NCBI GenBank assembly: GCA_024137785.1
Contig: JAHRHZ010000270.1
Span: 11,720,788 to 11,784,787, forward strand
Length of the DNA stretch: 64,000 nt
From: Ginglymostoma cirratum
Taxonomy: Eukaryota
Direction: 5' to 3'
Shown here: piece after piece, positions 13,530-25,460 of the stretch
How the letters are laid out: each line of letters begins with the position of its first letter
Numbering within the stretch: the first letter of the stretch is position 1
Made by a program: the position numbers and the translations under genes
Notes under the pieces: generated by a model
The model's input: only the letters and a program-made list of their open reading frames with translations
What the model was told of the DNA's origin: nothing
Databases searched by the model: none

Positions 13530-14750
13530 ACATCACTATTCCATTTACTTCCTAATCACTTGCTGTACCTGCAGATTAACTTTTCGTAATTCACATACAA
13601 GGTCAACCAGAACCCTCTGTATCTCAGAGTTCTGCAACCTCTCTCTATTTAACTAACATACTTCTTTTATATTCTTCCTCTCAAAGTAGACAAGTTCATA
13701 TTTTCCTACACTAAACGATATCTGCCAAAGTTTTGCCAACTCACTTAACCTATTGATATCCCTTTGCAGACTCCTCATGTTGTCTTCGCAATTTACACTC
13801 CTATCTACCTTGTGTCACCAGCAAATTTAGCAACCATACATTTGATCCCTTATTCCAAGTTATTGCTATAGATTGAAAATGGTTGAGGCCCCAGCACTGA
13901 TTCCCATGCCAATCTACTCCTTACATCTTGACAATCCCAAACCAACCCATTTATGCCTACTGTCTGTTTCCTGTCAGCTACGCATGTTAATATTATCTTC
14001 TACACCATGAATTCTCGTTTTGTGTAGTAACCTTTGATGTGGCATCTTGTCAAATGCCTTCTGAGAATCTAAGTAAACCACAACCACAAGTTCCCCTTTA
14101 GTCAAGCTGCTTTCTCAAAGAACCTGAATAAACTTTCAAATTCAATTTCTCTTTCATAAAACTACATTAGCTCTGCTTGTCGATACTAAGATTTTCTTTT
14201 CTGTTATTTTGTAATCTGGTATGATCTTTCCAGAATTAAGTAAATTTCAGATTATGAAAGCCAATGTATCTCCCTCTCAGCAGCCACTTTTTTTTAGACC
14301 CTAAAAATAAGTTTATCAGCCTTTAGTTGTAGGCATTTTCTTAGTTCATTTTCCAGGCAACTGTAATTGTTTTAAGTTCCTCTCTCTTTTACAAGTCTTG
14401 ATTCACAATTATTTATTATGATTATTTGCATCCTTTCCAGTGAAGACAGATGCAAAGTATCTGTACAATTCACCTGCCTTTCCTTATTTTCCATTATTAA
14501 TTTCCCAAACACACTCACTGGAGGACCAATACTCACTTTCCTTGTTTATTTCCTTTTTAAATACCAGTAGAAACTTTTACTGTTTTATATTTTCGCTAGC
14601 CTTTTCTCTCACTCTAATTTATTTCTCATTCATCTTTTGGTCATTCTTTGCTTTATTAAGCTGCCACTATTCTTTGCAGAATTGTACATTTTTCATTTAA
14701 TTTGAAACCGTCTTCAGCCATGGATGGCACATCCTTCCCAAGCATTGTAT
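13530..14750 (-). mobile_element. Old CR1 LINE RT fragment
   Basis: Reverse complement of RT motifs (tgtggcatcttgtcaaatgccttctg = QKAFDKMPH; gtgtcaccagcaaattt = KFAGDT). Confidence 0.7.
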
Positions 14751-15594
14751 TGTTTGCAAGCTTTTAAACCCACATCTGCAGTTACCGAATCATAATGTCT
14801 TGCCCCGCCTCATCTTCTCTCCTTTTCTTTTCCACCTTTGCCAATGGCCTTCACTGGGCCCTGCACCTATTCCTATTAGGTAATTCAACCTGTATCTTGG
14901 ACTATAATCACAATTTATACTACATTGGACACAAAGCTCTTTAATACAACAACGTTCTAACCACACACAGCATCTTCCATTGAACTCAAAGGTTTGCCCT
15001 TATTTCACAGTACCACAGCATCAATAACACAAAACCATAAGTAAATGCACAGTGCTATTTTAAACACACAAGTCAGAAATGCATGACAGGTCAAGACTGT
15101 AATCCTATCTACAGGTGTAGATTACATTTATAAATGGGTCTTATTTCACCCTCGTAATTTATCAACACCCTCTGATCCTGTGATTAGATTATTGCTTGTA
15201 ATTCACTTGCCCTTATCTCTTATTCTATAATGTGATCAATAGTCACTGAGACGGGTTTATGTCAAAGCATGTTGCAGGGTGAGCAACCCATGTTTGTTGA
15301 CATCATTGTGGCATATAGTGAAATCAGGGTAGAATTATGCTCTGATTCTATTAAAATGTAGTGAAACAATTCTGTACTATCCTATATTAAATATCTTGAG
15401 GACTAAAAGCTCATTTCTCTATAGTGAACCTGTATTTAATATGCACTCCTGGTACAGAAAATTCCATCAATGCAGGGAGCTCATGTATTTATCTGGTTCC
15501 TTCTCTCCCCTGCACATCTGTCTCTTTCCCCATTCCCAGGGGTGAAATTCTGCTGAAAAGGAGCATCACCAGGTATTCAGGGTGTCACTTAAAA

Positions 15595-15700
15595 CATCAA
15601 ACTGTACAGCACAGGAATGGGCCCTTTGGCCTACAATGTCGTGCCGAACATGGGGCCAAATTAAACTAATCCATTCTGCTTCCCCCGGTGCATATTCAGA
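15595..15700 (-). mobile_element. Short CR1 3' tail
   Basis: 'acagcacaggaatgggccctttggcctacaatgtcgtgccgaac', similar to the tails at 35625 and 52170. Confidence 0.55.
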
Positions 15701-16489
15701 AAGATCTTGAGCAAGACCAGCTCCATAGCAGTTAAACGTTTTTGTCATTTAAATTATGCCAAGAGACATTAGTCAAAATGTTATTTTTGCTATCACCCAC
15801 ATCAGACAACCCTCAAAGCTCCAGTGAATGTCTTCCCTCTGTAAGACCAAGGGTGATGTGTTTGAGACTGTCCACAATCTCTCTCTCATTGACTTGTTCT
15901 TTATGTGACTACACCACAGTTTGCGGTTAAATCAGGGACTTGTCCATCCATAATTCGATGGGGTTTCCTTCCTCAAGAATCTGATGGAGCCTCCTCTGGA
16001 AACTCACCCACTTGAATCTGTTGACACTTGGAGGCCAGGTCATTCACCTACCAGCAGCACTTGACATTTACCAGGCTCAGGTACCACCATTTTTAATCGC
16101 ATGATAACACAGGTCAAGTCCATGACTGACTAGTTTAACTGTTCTTGTGTAACATATCTATATCTGTTACTGTCTGGTCAAACTCTAGAAAACTGTTTCC
16201 TGTAAATTTTTTTTCTCTCCAAATCGCTGTGTTCTTTTTCCCCCTTTTTTTCTATTCATACAGTTAACCCTCAATTTTCTTTTTGTCTAGTTTCTCTACA
16301 AATCCTTTTGAATTTTTTTACAATACCATCAATCTCCATATCATTTCCCTGTTATTCTCAAATTCCTATTCGACTGTGTGTTCACTCTGGGGATCTCCCT
16401 AGCCTGTCAGTCACAACCTAAGTTGTTTCACTTTACTTCCCTTGCAGACCTCTATCAGCAGCTGCACCACAGATAAAAAAAAAAATTTA

Positions 16490-16780
16490 CAGAGCAGATG
16501 AGGCCATTTGGTCCATTCTGTCTGCACCAACTCTCTAAATGAGCAATTCACTTACCACCATACACCCTGTAACCTTGCACATTGTTCCTTCATAGTTAAT
16601 GGTCTAATTCACTTTGCATATTTCAATTGAAGTTGCTATCACACCTTTGGGCAGTGCACTCCAGATCTTGACCACTCACTGCATGAAAAGGTTTATTTCT
16701 CATGTTATTTTGCCCTTTTTACCAATTACTTTAAATCTGTGCCCCTTCATTGTTGATCCTTTCACAAATGGGAACAGTCG
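16490..16780 (-). mobile_element. Old CR1 3' fragment
   Basis: Same reverse-complement CR1 tail motifs as 6715-7030. Confidence 0.5.
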
Positions 16781-17639
16781 CCATTCTGGGAACCACTTGA
16801 AAGAAGAATCTCTCGGTCTTCCTGACACCCACCTATCATGTTGTTCCAATGCAATAAAAACACCATCTCACACAATCAGCTCTTTGGTATCTTCCAGCCT
16901 TCAGCTGAAAGCTGCTTCCTCTTCTCCACTGAGAATGAATATACAGGCCATTGCTGGTTACATCAATCAAACATTTTGAACAGAGCTGCACATTTACAGT
17001 GACCCAGGCTTCACTCGTGCTCCTTTCTGTGAGGATATTGTACATGTAAATCGATGGAAAAAAATACTTGCTCTTTCAATTCTATTTTTCAATCTCATCC
17101 TCCGTTTTGTTTCCTTGGTACTCCATCACTTGGAATTTGCTCATCCTCCATCTTGATTAATTTTCTTTCACTTCCCTGCTTATTTTGAATCTCAGTTTCC
17201 CTTTACCTCATTTCTATTATTTGAAGTCCTCTTCTTGCTTCCCTTCCCTTTTAAACCTTTTACTTTTTCTCTCCTACACTCTGTAATTCTTCTGTTTTAC
17301 TTCCTTCACCTGTTGGCTTTCTCTCTCTCCTTTTGTGTTCAGTTTTAAATTTTTAAACTTTTTTTAGCTTCGGCAAGCATGCCACAGAACAGCGCAATAG
17401 AACGTAAAATACAATAATACAATAGGTGTGGGAATTAGGCGAACAGTCCATCAAAACAGACAAAGGATCAACAAACCAAAAGGTAAGGCAGCAGATCAGA
17501 AGCAATCATAAAGAACAGGCAAAGGAGCAAACAATCAGCTCGTGGCAATGCGTCAACAGTCTGAGAGAGCAGACAAGAGAGCCAACAATCGGGTTGTGCA
17601 CAAGGGAGCAACTACCCAGAGGAAGCAGGAAAAAGAATA

Positions 17640-17860
17640 GCAACAACTTGCATTTGTATAGCACTGTAAGATACTATAACAGCCCAAGAAGCTTCTCAGA
17701 AGTGTTATCAAACAAAATTTGACAGCAATCGGCAAAAAGAGATATTGGCTCAGATGCTTAGTCAACGTGCTATGTTTTAAGAGGTATCTCTAAAAGAAAA
17801 GAGAGAGAAACAGTGAGGTTTCTAAACAGAATTCCAGACCTTAGGGTCTTAGCAGTGAAA
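17640..17860 (-). mobile_element. L2-like LINE 3' fragment
   Basis: Tail 'aacaacttgcatttgtatagc' is shared with the SINE tails and followed by 'gaattccagaccttaggg'. Confidence 0.4.
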
Positions 17861-20229
17861 CACCAAGTCAAGATATTGTACAATTGAGTAACAATCCAAA
17901 AGCACAGATGGGAAGACTGCATGTCGACTCATTAGAGTTGTAATGCTTTACATCAATGCCAGACATCAAGCACATGCAGAATTTTTAGTTTACAAAAGGA
18001 AATTTGCAAATATAGGTGTTGAAATATCTGATACATTTGATGAAGGTTAAGGATTTTCACATGATGAAATTTGCTGCTTAGAAAAGGTGAGGCAAAGAGG
18101 CTGATGGAACTAAATCCATAAACAAATCTGTTATTTGACTGCTTTTGACTTTTTTCATGTGTTTCTTCCTTCTTCTGAAGATTGTACTCAATCTTAAAAA
18201 ATACCCTGTTGGACCAATGTAACTGTGGAATATTTTTGATGATGTGCGATGCCGAAAAAGATTGTAATTAGGCAGAAAGTTTTGTGCAATATGCGAGGTG
18301 AATGAGAAAGCTGGAACTGAATAGTTAAAATAGAAGGTATCTTAAATATTTACCTTGTGTGAAAGCAAACTGACACCATCTTACGAAATAAAAATCATAT
18401 TGTTATTCACATGTACATTGGAAAATCTGTAATTTTTATTACATTTCTTGGAGAAACCAAAGCAACATTTGTAATATGCAATTGTGAGTCATATATTTAC
18501 AAGCTAGAAAACACTTATGCAAACAAATACAAGAAAAACTCGTTTTCCTTATGACCATTCATTTTCTGAATGTTTAGATAAAAGATTTTTTCCCCTTTCT
18601 GACATGAATGTGAATTATTGTAAGAGGGGCCGATGACATCAAATCCAATGTCATGATTCATTTAGAGAAAAAGAATGTTTGGTTTACATCGAGATATAAA
18701 ATTGAACAGATGCTCTAGCTTCAGTACACACAGCAGTACCACAGGCATATGGAACTGAAGCAAGTCAAGAATAAAATGGTACCAAATGGCTTGAGCTCTA
18801 TTTAAGCCTGCACTTTTAGTAAAATCTACTTAACACACCCACTCATATTTTTGAACAATATGTTTCAAATGATATGCTAACAAGTACTGATAAAAGAGAG
18901 AATAGACTTAATGGATACCATTTTGATTCCCATATTCAGTCAATGATAGATTACTATTATCTGTTGATTTATTTCACTGAAGACAAAATGTTTCAGCTCC
19001 TTTCAAATTATTAAGTCCATTTTATTAAAGTAACCAAAAATGTGTAGGGCTATATTTCAGAGCCAGCATTGGGATCAATGCCAGGAATATTTTTAAGAGC
19101 AAACAGCAGAAGACTTGTGCCGGATATTAGTCACAAATTGAAAACAAGCGCCATTGGGTGAATGTTGATGGTTCTAACTCTGAAGACCTTTGGTTCAAGT
19201 TTCTCAGTGATGTATTTTTTTTGTGCAGCATAGGGAGTTTAAGAAGACACCCTGTTATGCGAGAAATTCAAAAATATACTTTTAAAGCTTGTAGTGGAAT
19301 ATACTGTTCAGCTTCTCAATATCACCAGGGACAGAATGCAGGCTTTAGTAAAATATTCTGTGAAGTGTGGCATCCTGCCATTACTACATCGTCTCTAGAG
19401 TGGAGTTATTGGCTGCCGACTGCAGTGCCAATTCAGATGGAGCTGAATGCAGTGCCAATTACTTTTTTTAATTTGCTGTCACTTGACATAACCCATTAAT
19501 GAAACTGGTCCTGTCCTATCCTACCTCAGTGTTACAGCACGGTGCAACCCTGTGGTGCCACAATTGTGATTCCAAATCTGTAGCTTTGTACATTATTATG
19601 ATTGTGTTGTCAATGTAGAGACGGTGTGTCTGTAAAATACATTTGCCTGAAATGTTTGTGTTAATTTGCAACATGTAATATGCTACAGTCTGTCTGCCCA
19701 GAAGATCTTCTTCTGTGTATTGCCAGATGGACTCCAACACACTCCAAACATCCTGAAAACCAATTTAGCCCTTAGTTAGTGAAGCCCAATGACATTTATT
19801 GTAGACCTCAAACAAGAAAAGAAAGGTCCCCTTATAAATGTCACTGTTAAAAACAAACCAAAAAGAGGGAGGGGAACCCTCTCAAAGAGGCTGCAGAAGT
19901 GCCAATGGACCAAATGGCCTCCTTCTGTGCTGTATGATTATGGCCTATTGTCTCAACTAAATTGCCATCTTATTGCCGATCTCTTGTTTCTTTAGAAAAG
20001 TATCTCATTGTTTTTATACATTCCATTTTAATGGTTTTCCCAACAAGACTTTCAATTTACTCGTCCCTAACCTGACTCTTTGCATTTGTGAACACTGTGA
20101 GAAGTTTGCTGGGAATCATTTGATTAATTCCTTTTAGAATCTTGAGAAACCTTGAAATTCCTCACGCAATTTCTAAAGCAAATAAACAAAAATTCCTTCT
20201 AACATTTTGACTCATTAATAGTTCTTGCA

Positions 20230-20560
20230 CTGAAAGTTTGAAGGATGTAGGTTCAAGGCCAACTCCAGACACTTGAGCCTGGAGTCTATTACAGCACTTC
20301 ACAACATTACTGAGGGAGTGCTGAACTGTCACGGGTACTGTTTTTCAGATGAGAAGCTAAATCAAGAGACCATCCCTTCTCTCAAACTAATATAAAAGAT
20401 TTTGATGGCACTCATTGAAGAAAAACTGGGAAATACTTTGGGCCAATAGTAATTCCTCCACCACCATTGCTAAATTTGGCTGTCTAGTCATTATCTCATT
20501 AGTTGTTTCTGGGGCAATGGGATTGCAGAAATTGGTTGTCACATTCTACTTCAATTTCAT
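20230..20560 (+). mobile_element. Deu-domain SINE
   Basis: Colinear with 5148-5563 (ggttcaaggccaactccagacacttgagc…tactgagggagtgctg…aaaagatttgatggcact). Confidence 0.6.
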
Positions 20561-22099
20561 TACATGCCAAACTTTTCTGGAGTCATGATAACCATGTCTT
20601 TCCTCCTGAAATTCAAGCTGTGATCTTTATCACTGATCTTTACCACTGGCCTCTACAGAGCAACTTCTATCAATGCCACCTTTCTAACAAATAGTAGCCA
20701 CAATAACACTGTTTTCAGAGACGAGGCTTCGGTTAAAAAAAAAGCCGGAATTGTATTTGTAACTCTAACGAGGAAGGGATGTCAGTTCGAGTCAAACCCA
20801 GAAGTAATACTCAGCACAGCGAGAGTCTCTACAGTTAAACATTTCAGATACTGCTCCATAATACGTTGTGCCTCAAGCATATGGATTTGCCAGTTCCTCG
20901 GGGTAGAGGGCTCTCTCAACAAGGTACTCTGTGGACGGGTCTTCACTATTTCCAGCAACATCAATAAGCTGAAACTCTCCAAGAGATCAAAGCAACAGCA
21001 ACGTGACGATGTGGGGGAGTTTGGTGTACTATCTGGTTGTTCACGGCGTTTAACAATGAATTACCAACACGGAAAGGTGCACAGGGACCCTGTTCTAACT
21101 CAAAGGCTCTTTCTGCATCGGTTTTGTAAAAATAAACTTTCCATCGAATCCACAGCCTCGGTTGATTGGAGTGTGCAAGTGAGGTGGTTTTACTGAAGCA
21201 AATTGTTTCTAGCCCTGCTGTTATATTAATTAATGTAAAAGACAGAACTCCTATCGTCACTGTTTGTCAAGGATAAATGACCGGCATTAATCAGCCCATA
21301 ACACCCATCAAACCCTACCAAAGTCCCCCCTCCCTTTAAATCGAGATGAGGAGTGAAAGCCCCCTCTTTTGTATAACAATCCACGACAGATGTCCTTGTT
21401 CTGAGACTCAGCAACAGATCTCCCACCAAGGCACAACATCTGCTGTAAGTCCATTTACTCCAGGAATCGGAGGAGGGAAAATTGCTCTTTAATTCATGCA
21501 GAAACCCAACAGACACTGCCTTCCTCCCGTCAACAAATATTCTGTGGACCCACTGGTTTAAGCGTGAAGCTAATCTGGTAGTTATCAAATACTAGTAAAT
21601 ACAGACAGAGTAACAAAGCCCTTTTTAAAATTATTTTAGCCCCTCCAGGTCAATTACCATCCGGGAAAGGAACAAACCGGGATCTGAGGGTCAGATGTGG
21701 CCTGCAGAAAATGCATATGAATATTCTGAGATGTATATACGGGCCAGCAGCACTGAACGTGACTGTAAAAGAATAGCACTGTTAACTGGGTCAAAAGTCC
21801 AGAATCAAGATGACTGCTGTCCTGTTGTAAAACATTTTCATTCCTGCACTATCTCTCAGTTCTGTAATAGAAAGACCTTCCATTTACACTATTCACCTTC
21901 ACATTCCCAAGCCGTTGACAGCCACTGAATTGCTGTTTTTTTTATTGTATGTTTTTTAGGCAAGTGTAACAATCAATCGCACACAGTAAGTTCTCAAACA
22001 TCAAATAAATAAATGACCAGTTAATCTTTCAGATAAATGCTAAAGATCCTGCGGCACTATTTGAAAGAGCGGAGTCTCAGTTGACATCTGAGAGAGAAT

Positions 22100-22725
22100 A
22101 AAAGGCACGTGTTTATACGTTGCCTTTCACAAACATGGGCTGTTCCAAAAGCCTTACAGTTAAATGTATACATTTCAAAGTATAGTTAAAAACTAAAAGA
22201 ACTGTGGATGCCGTAAATCAGAAACAAAAATAGAAATCGCTGGAAAAGCTCAGCAGGTCTAGCAGCGTCTGCGGAGAGAAATCAGAATTAACCGTTTCCC
22301 GAAACATTAACTCTGATTTCTCTCCGCAGATGCTGCCAGACCTGCTGAGCTTTTCCAGCAATTTCTATTTTTGTTTCAAAATGCAGTCAGTTGTATGATA
22401 GGAAGCTGTGATGAGTTTAGGTAGCAATGCCATCATAGCAGATCATTTGAATATGATACAAGCACTGGTCAAGGTACCAAAAGAAAATGCCCGGGCATTC
22501 TTCAAGAACTACAATGGGATCTTTTAACTCCACAGAGCTAGCAGATGAACCATGCTTTAATATCTCATCTAATATCTCATCTAAAAAGCCACATTTCCAA
22601 CACTGATACACTACTCTGTCCTGGACTAAAGTATCAGTCTGGATTATGTGTTCAATTCCTGGAGTTGAACTTTAATTCACAATATTTTAATTCAGAGGCA
22701 ACCAGCAAATGCTGAGTCAAGCTAA
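22100..22725 (-). mobile_element. Deu-domain SINE interrupted by a fold-back PLE-terminal element
   Basis: Reverse complement of the 5148 SINE lies on both sides of 22188-22378. Confidence 0.55.
22188..22378. mobile_element. Short fold-back PLE-terminal element (second subfamily)
   Basis: ~22221-22292 (gaaacaaaaatagaaatcgctggaaaagctcagcaggtct…) is inverted at ~22305-22377. The centre keeps CCCGAAAC but lacks the CUGANGA box. Confidence 0.85.
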
Positions 22726-23779
22726 TATTATTGTTAACAGGTCTAAGACTATTCTGCACTAAATTTAAAGTGTACAAGATCAAACTGATGTGCTTACTTA
22801 CAAATGTATCACCACAAAACATTCTCATTTGAGGAAAGGATCATGATTTTGGTCTCAACACTATTTTTGCTTTTTGTTTTGCAATGCAGAACAAATGAAT
22901 ACCTACAAGGGGTGTTGAATTTCTTTGTAGTCAGTTGCAGATTATTTCACGATAAATCTACAGAACGGGCATCACAAGACATTATTAACCTTTTGTGAAT
23001 GTCACTAGACATCGAGGATATGGCATGCACACTGACAGCTGCTGCAAGCATTCGGGGAAAGCAGAGCTAATATTAAGCAATAAATGTGTACGAACAGAGG
23101 GTGTCTGAGAGAGAATGAAAAACCAAGGAGCTTCCAGCAGTGATGTGAGATATTCAGAAATTGTCAACCACTGAAGTAAAACCTTCTCACTCTCAAGCAT
23201 CCATTCACTTTCCCCCTGCTTTTCTTCCCTTCCTGAAAATAGTGAATTCTGTGGAGCTATTGTTTCACTCCATCCACAGTTCTTCCAAGCAGCTGTTCTT
23301 CATGGATGTACTAATAGCCTATTCAACCATGGAAGCATTATGGTCCCAGACCCGATCCCGTCCTCACATGATATCTGCAATCATGCAGCTTCCAGGAGGG
23401 AGCTACTGAAAAGTGAACTGAAAGTGGAAATGGAGCTGGGTTAAATTATTTTAACCCCCTTTTACTGTCCTGACTGAAATCAGCCAACTAGGAGCATTTA
23501 ACCTTCTATTTACAAGTCCAACTGGGAAGCTTTTTGTGTAATATAATGGGAATACAATTAAGAAATATTCAATTGTCTTCAAAATGTGTTGGCAAGTCCT
23601 AAGGTATGATTGGAATGATATAAATAGAAAAACATTTTGAGTTTTTCTTTTCGAACCACCTATATTATGGTAAAGTAAACTTTTATTTTTAGTTTTCATT
23701 TATGTAATAAACCCATTTTACTGGCTTGTGTAGATCGTTGAACAGTTCATGTCCATTGGAAATAAAATGAGAGTGTGGG

Positions 23780-24790
23780 AATTTAAGGTGGGCTTTTGAC
23801 TCAGGCTAAATTAATTAGGAGACTGGAGATGCAGTAGAAAAAGAGAGGTAGGTATTCTAATCATCAGGTTGTAACAATATTCTGGGACCTAATTTCACCA
23901 TGTACATTATTGACTTGAATGAAGGAATGGAGAATTATTTATTAAGTTTGCATGTAGCCTAAATTAGGAGGCACATTCAGTAAGGTAAATGAAAGCAGAA
24001 AGTTGCAAAACAATACTTATTGATTAAATGGGTTGGCAAAATTACAACAGATAGAGTTTAATGTTGCAAGTGTGTGGTCATTCACCTTTGACCTGACAAA
24101 GATAAGTCAGAACATGTTCCAAATGCTGAAAGGTTAGGAACTTCAGAAGAACAATGAGATTTGGCATCAAAGTACACAAATCATTTAGAGCTACAAGACA
24201 GGTAAAAAAAAGACATTCAAACAGGCTAATGAAATGTTGGCTTCCATCTCAACGCAGAGGAAATACAAAAGAACAGAAGGTATGTTTCAGTGGCGTTATA
24301 GCCTTCATTAGACTCCATATAGAATTCTGCATACAGTTTGATTTTGTGTACCATATCTGAGGAAATATATATCAGCATAGAAGGTTGTTCAGCCAGATTC
24401 ACCAGAAGGCAACTGGGACTTAAATATATGCATTTCTTTGAGGGCACTGAGGGTTTTAAAGTGTTAAAAGGGATCAAAAGGGAAAGGATCTCCCCTGATG
24501 AAGGAGTCAAGAACAAGGGAACACAACATTAAAATGCAACCTAGGCTATTTAGGAGGGAAATCTGGAGGCACTTCTTCACACAATAGAGGCAGTAGAAAA
24601 CTGCAATTCTCTGCACTAAAGAGCTTTGGACACTAAGGCACTTGGAACTTATAAGTCCAGATTGGTAACTTTAACCCAAAGTAAAACCTATCAAGGGATA
24701 TGAAGTTGAGGTACATATCAGCCATGATCTAATTGAATGAAGATATGGACCCAAGGGACTGAGTAGCCTACTCTTGTCCCTTTGCTGCTT
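23780..24790 (+). mobile_element. Old CR1 LINE 3' part
   Basis: Decayed RT C-terminus (ORF 24154: IRLHIEFCIQF) and CR1 tail. Confidence 0.65.
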
Positions 24791-25194
24791 CTTTTGAAAA
24801 TAGGCACTTGGAGTCCACATTTCACAAAATTAAGGAAAGATTTTATATGTGGTGGTTAATGGGCTATGAGCTCATTAGATTGTACAGGAGTTTCAGAGTC
24901 CCTGAGGTTATTTAGATTACAGCCTGCTTACAATACCCCAAACTCAGAATGCCTGCACTGTTTGTAAGTGTTACTTACTGATATTGTAAAGCTGTTTTGG
25001 TCAGCGATAACAAAGTTCATTAAAATCTTACACTTCCCCTGATAAAGTCAGGTGCATACGAGGAAAGTTGTTAGTTAGAAATCCTAATAAATCAAGACCG
25101 TCTCATTCGGTCAAGCATGAGTTTCAATTCTCAATGCTCATCAACCTTAGTCCATTAAAACCTCCAACCAGAAAGATAGTTATTCTATTCCAAC

Positions 25195-25460
25195 CTGTGA
25201 CTTTTCTCTCCCTTCCTGAAGGTGCTGAGTTACTCTTTCTGTCCCTGAAGGTACTGACTCTCTGTCTGTCCCTGAGGCTGCTGACTCTTGTTCTTTCTAT
25301 CTATTCCCCAAGGTTTCTGACTCTCTCCCTCCTCTCTCTCTTGCTCTCTCACTCTCTTCTACTGTGCCGAAGAAAATGACTCTCTCTTCCTCCTACTGTA
25401 AAGGTGCTGACTTTCTCCCCACTCTGAAAATGTCAACTCATTTGCTCCTTCACCAAAGGC
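25195..25460 (+). repeat. Degenerate minisatellite, ~27-40 bp unit (ctgactctct…ccctgaaggtg)
   Basis: About 7 imperfect units, plus one more at ~25757 after a CR1 tail fragment (25465-25750). Confidence 0.6.

Noticed and set aside
25195-25460. CRISPR-like repeat-spacer array
   Set aside because: Degenerate pyrimidine-rich minisatellite in a vertebrate intron, with no cas genes.
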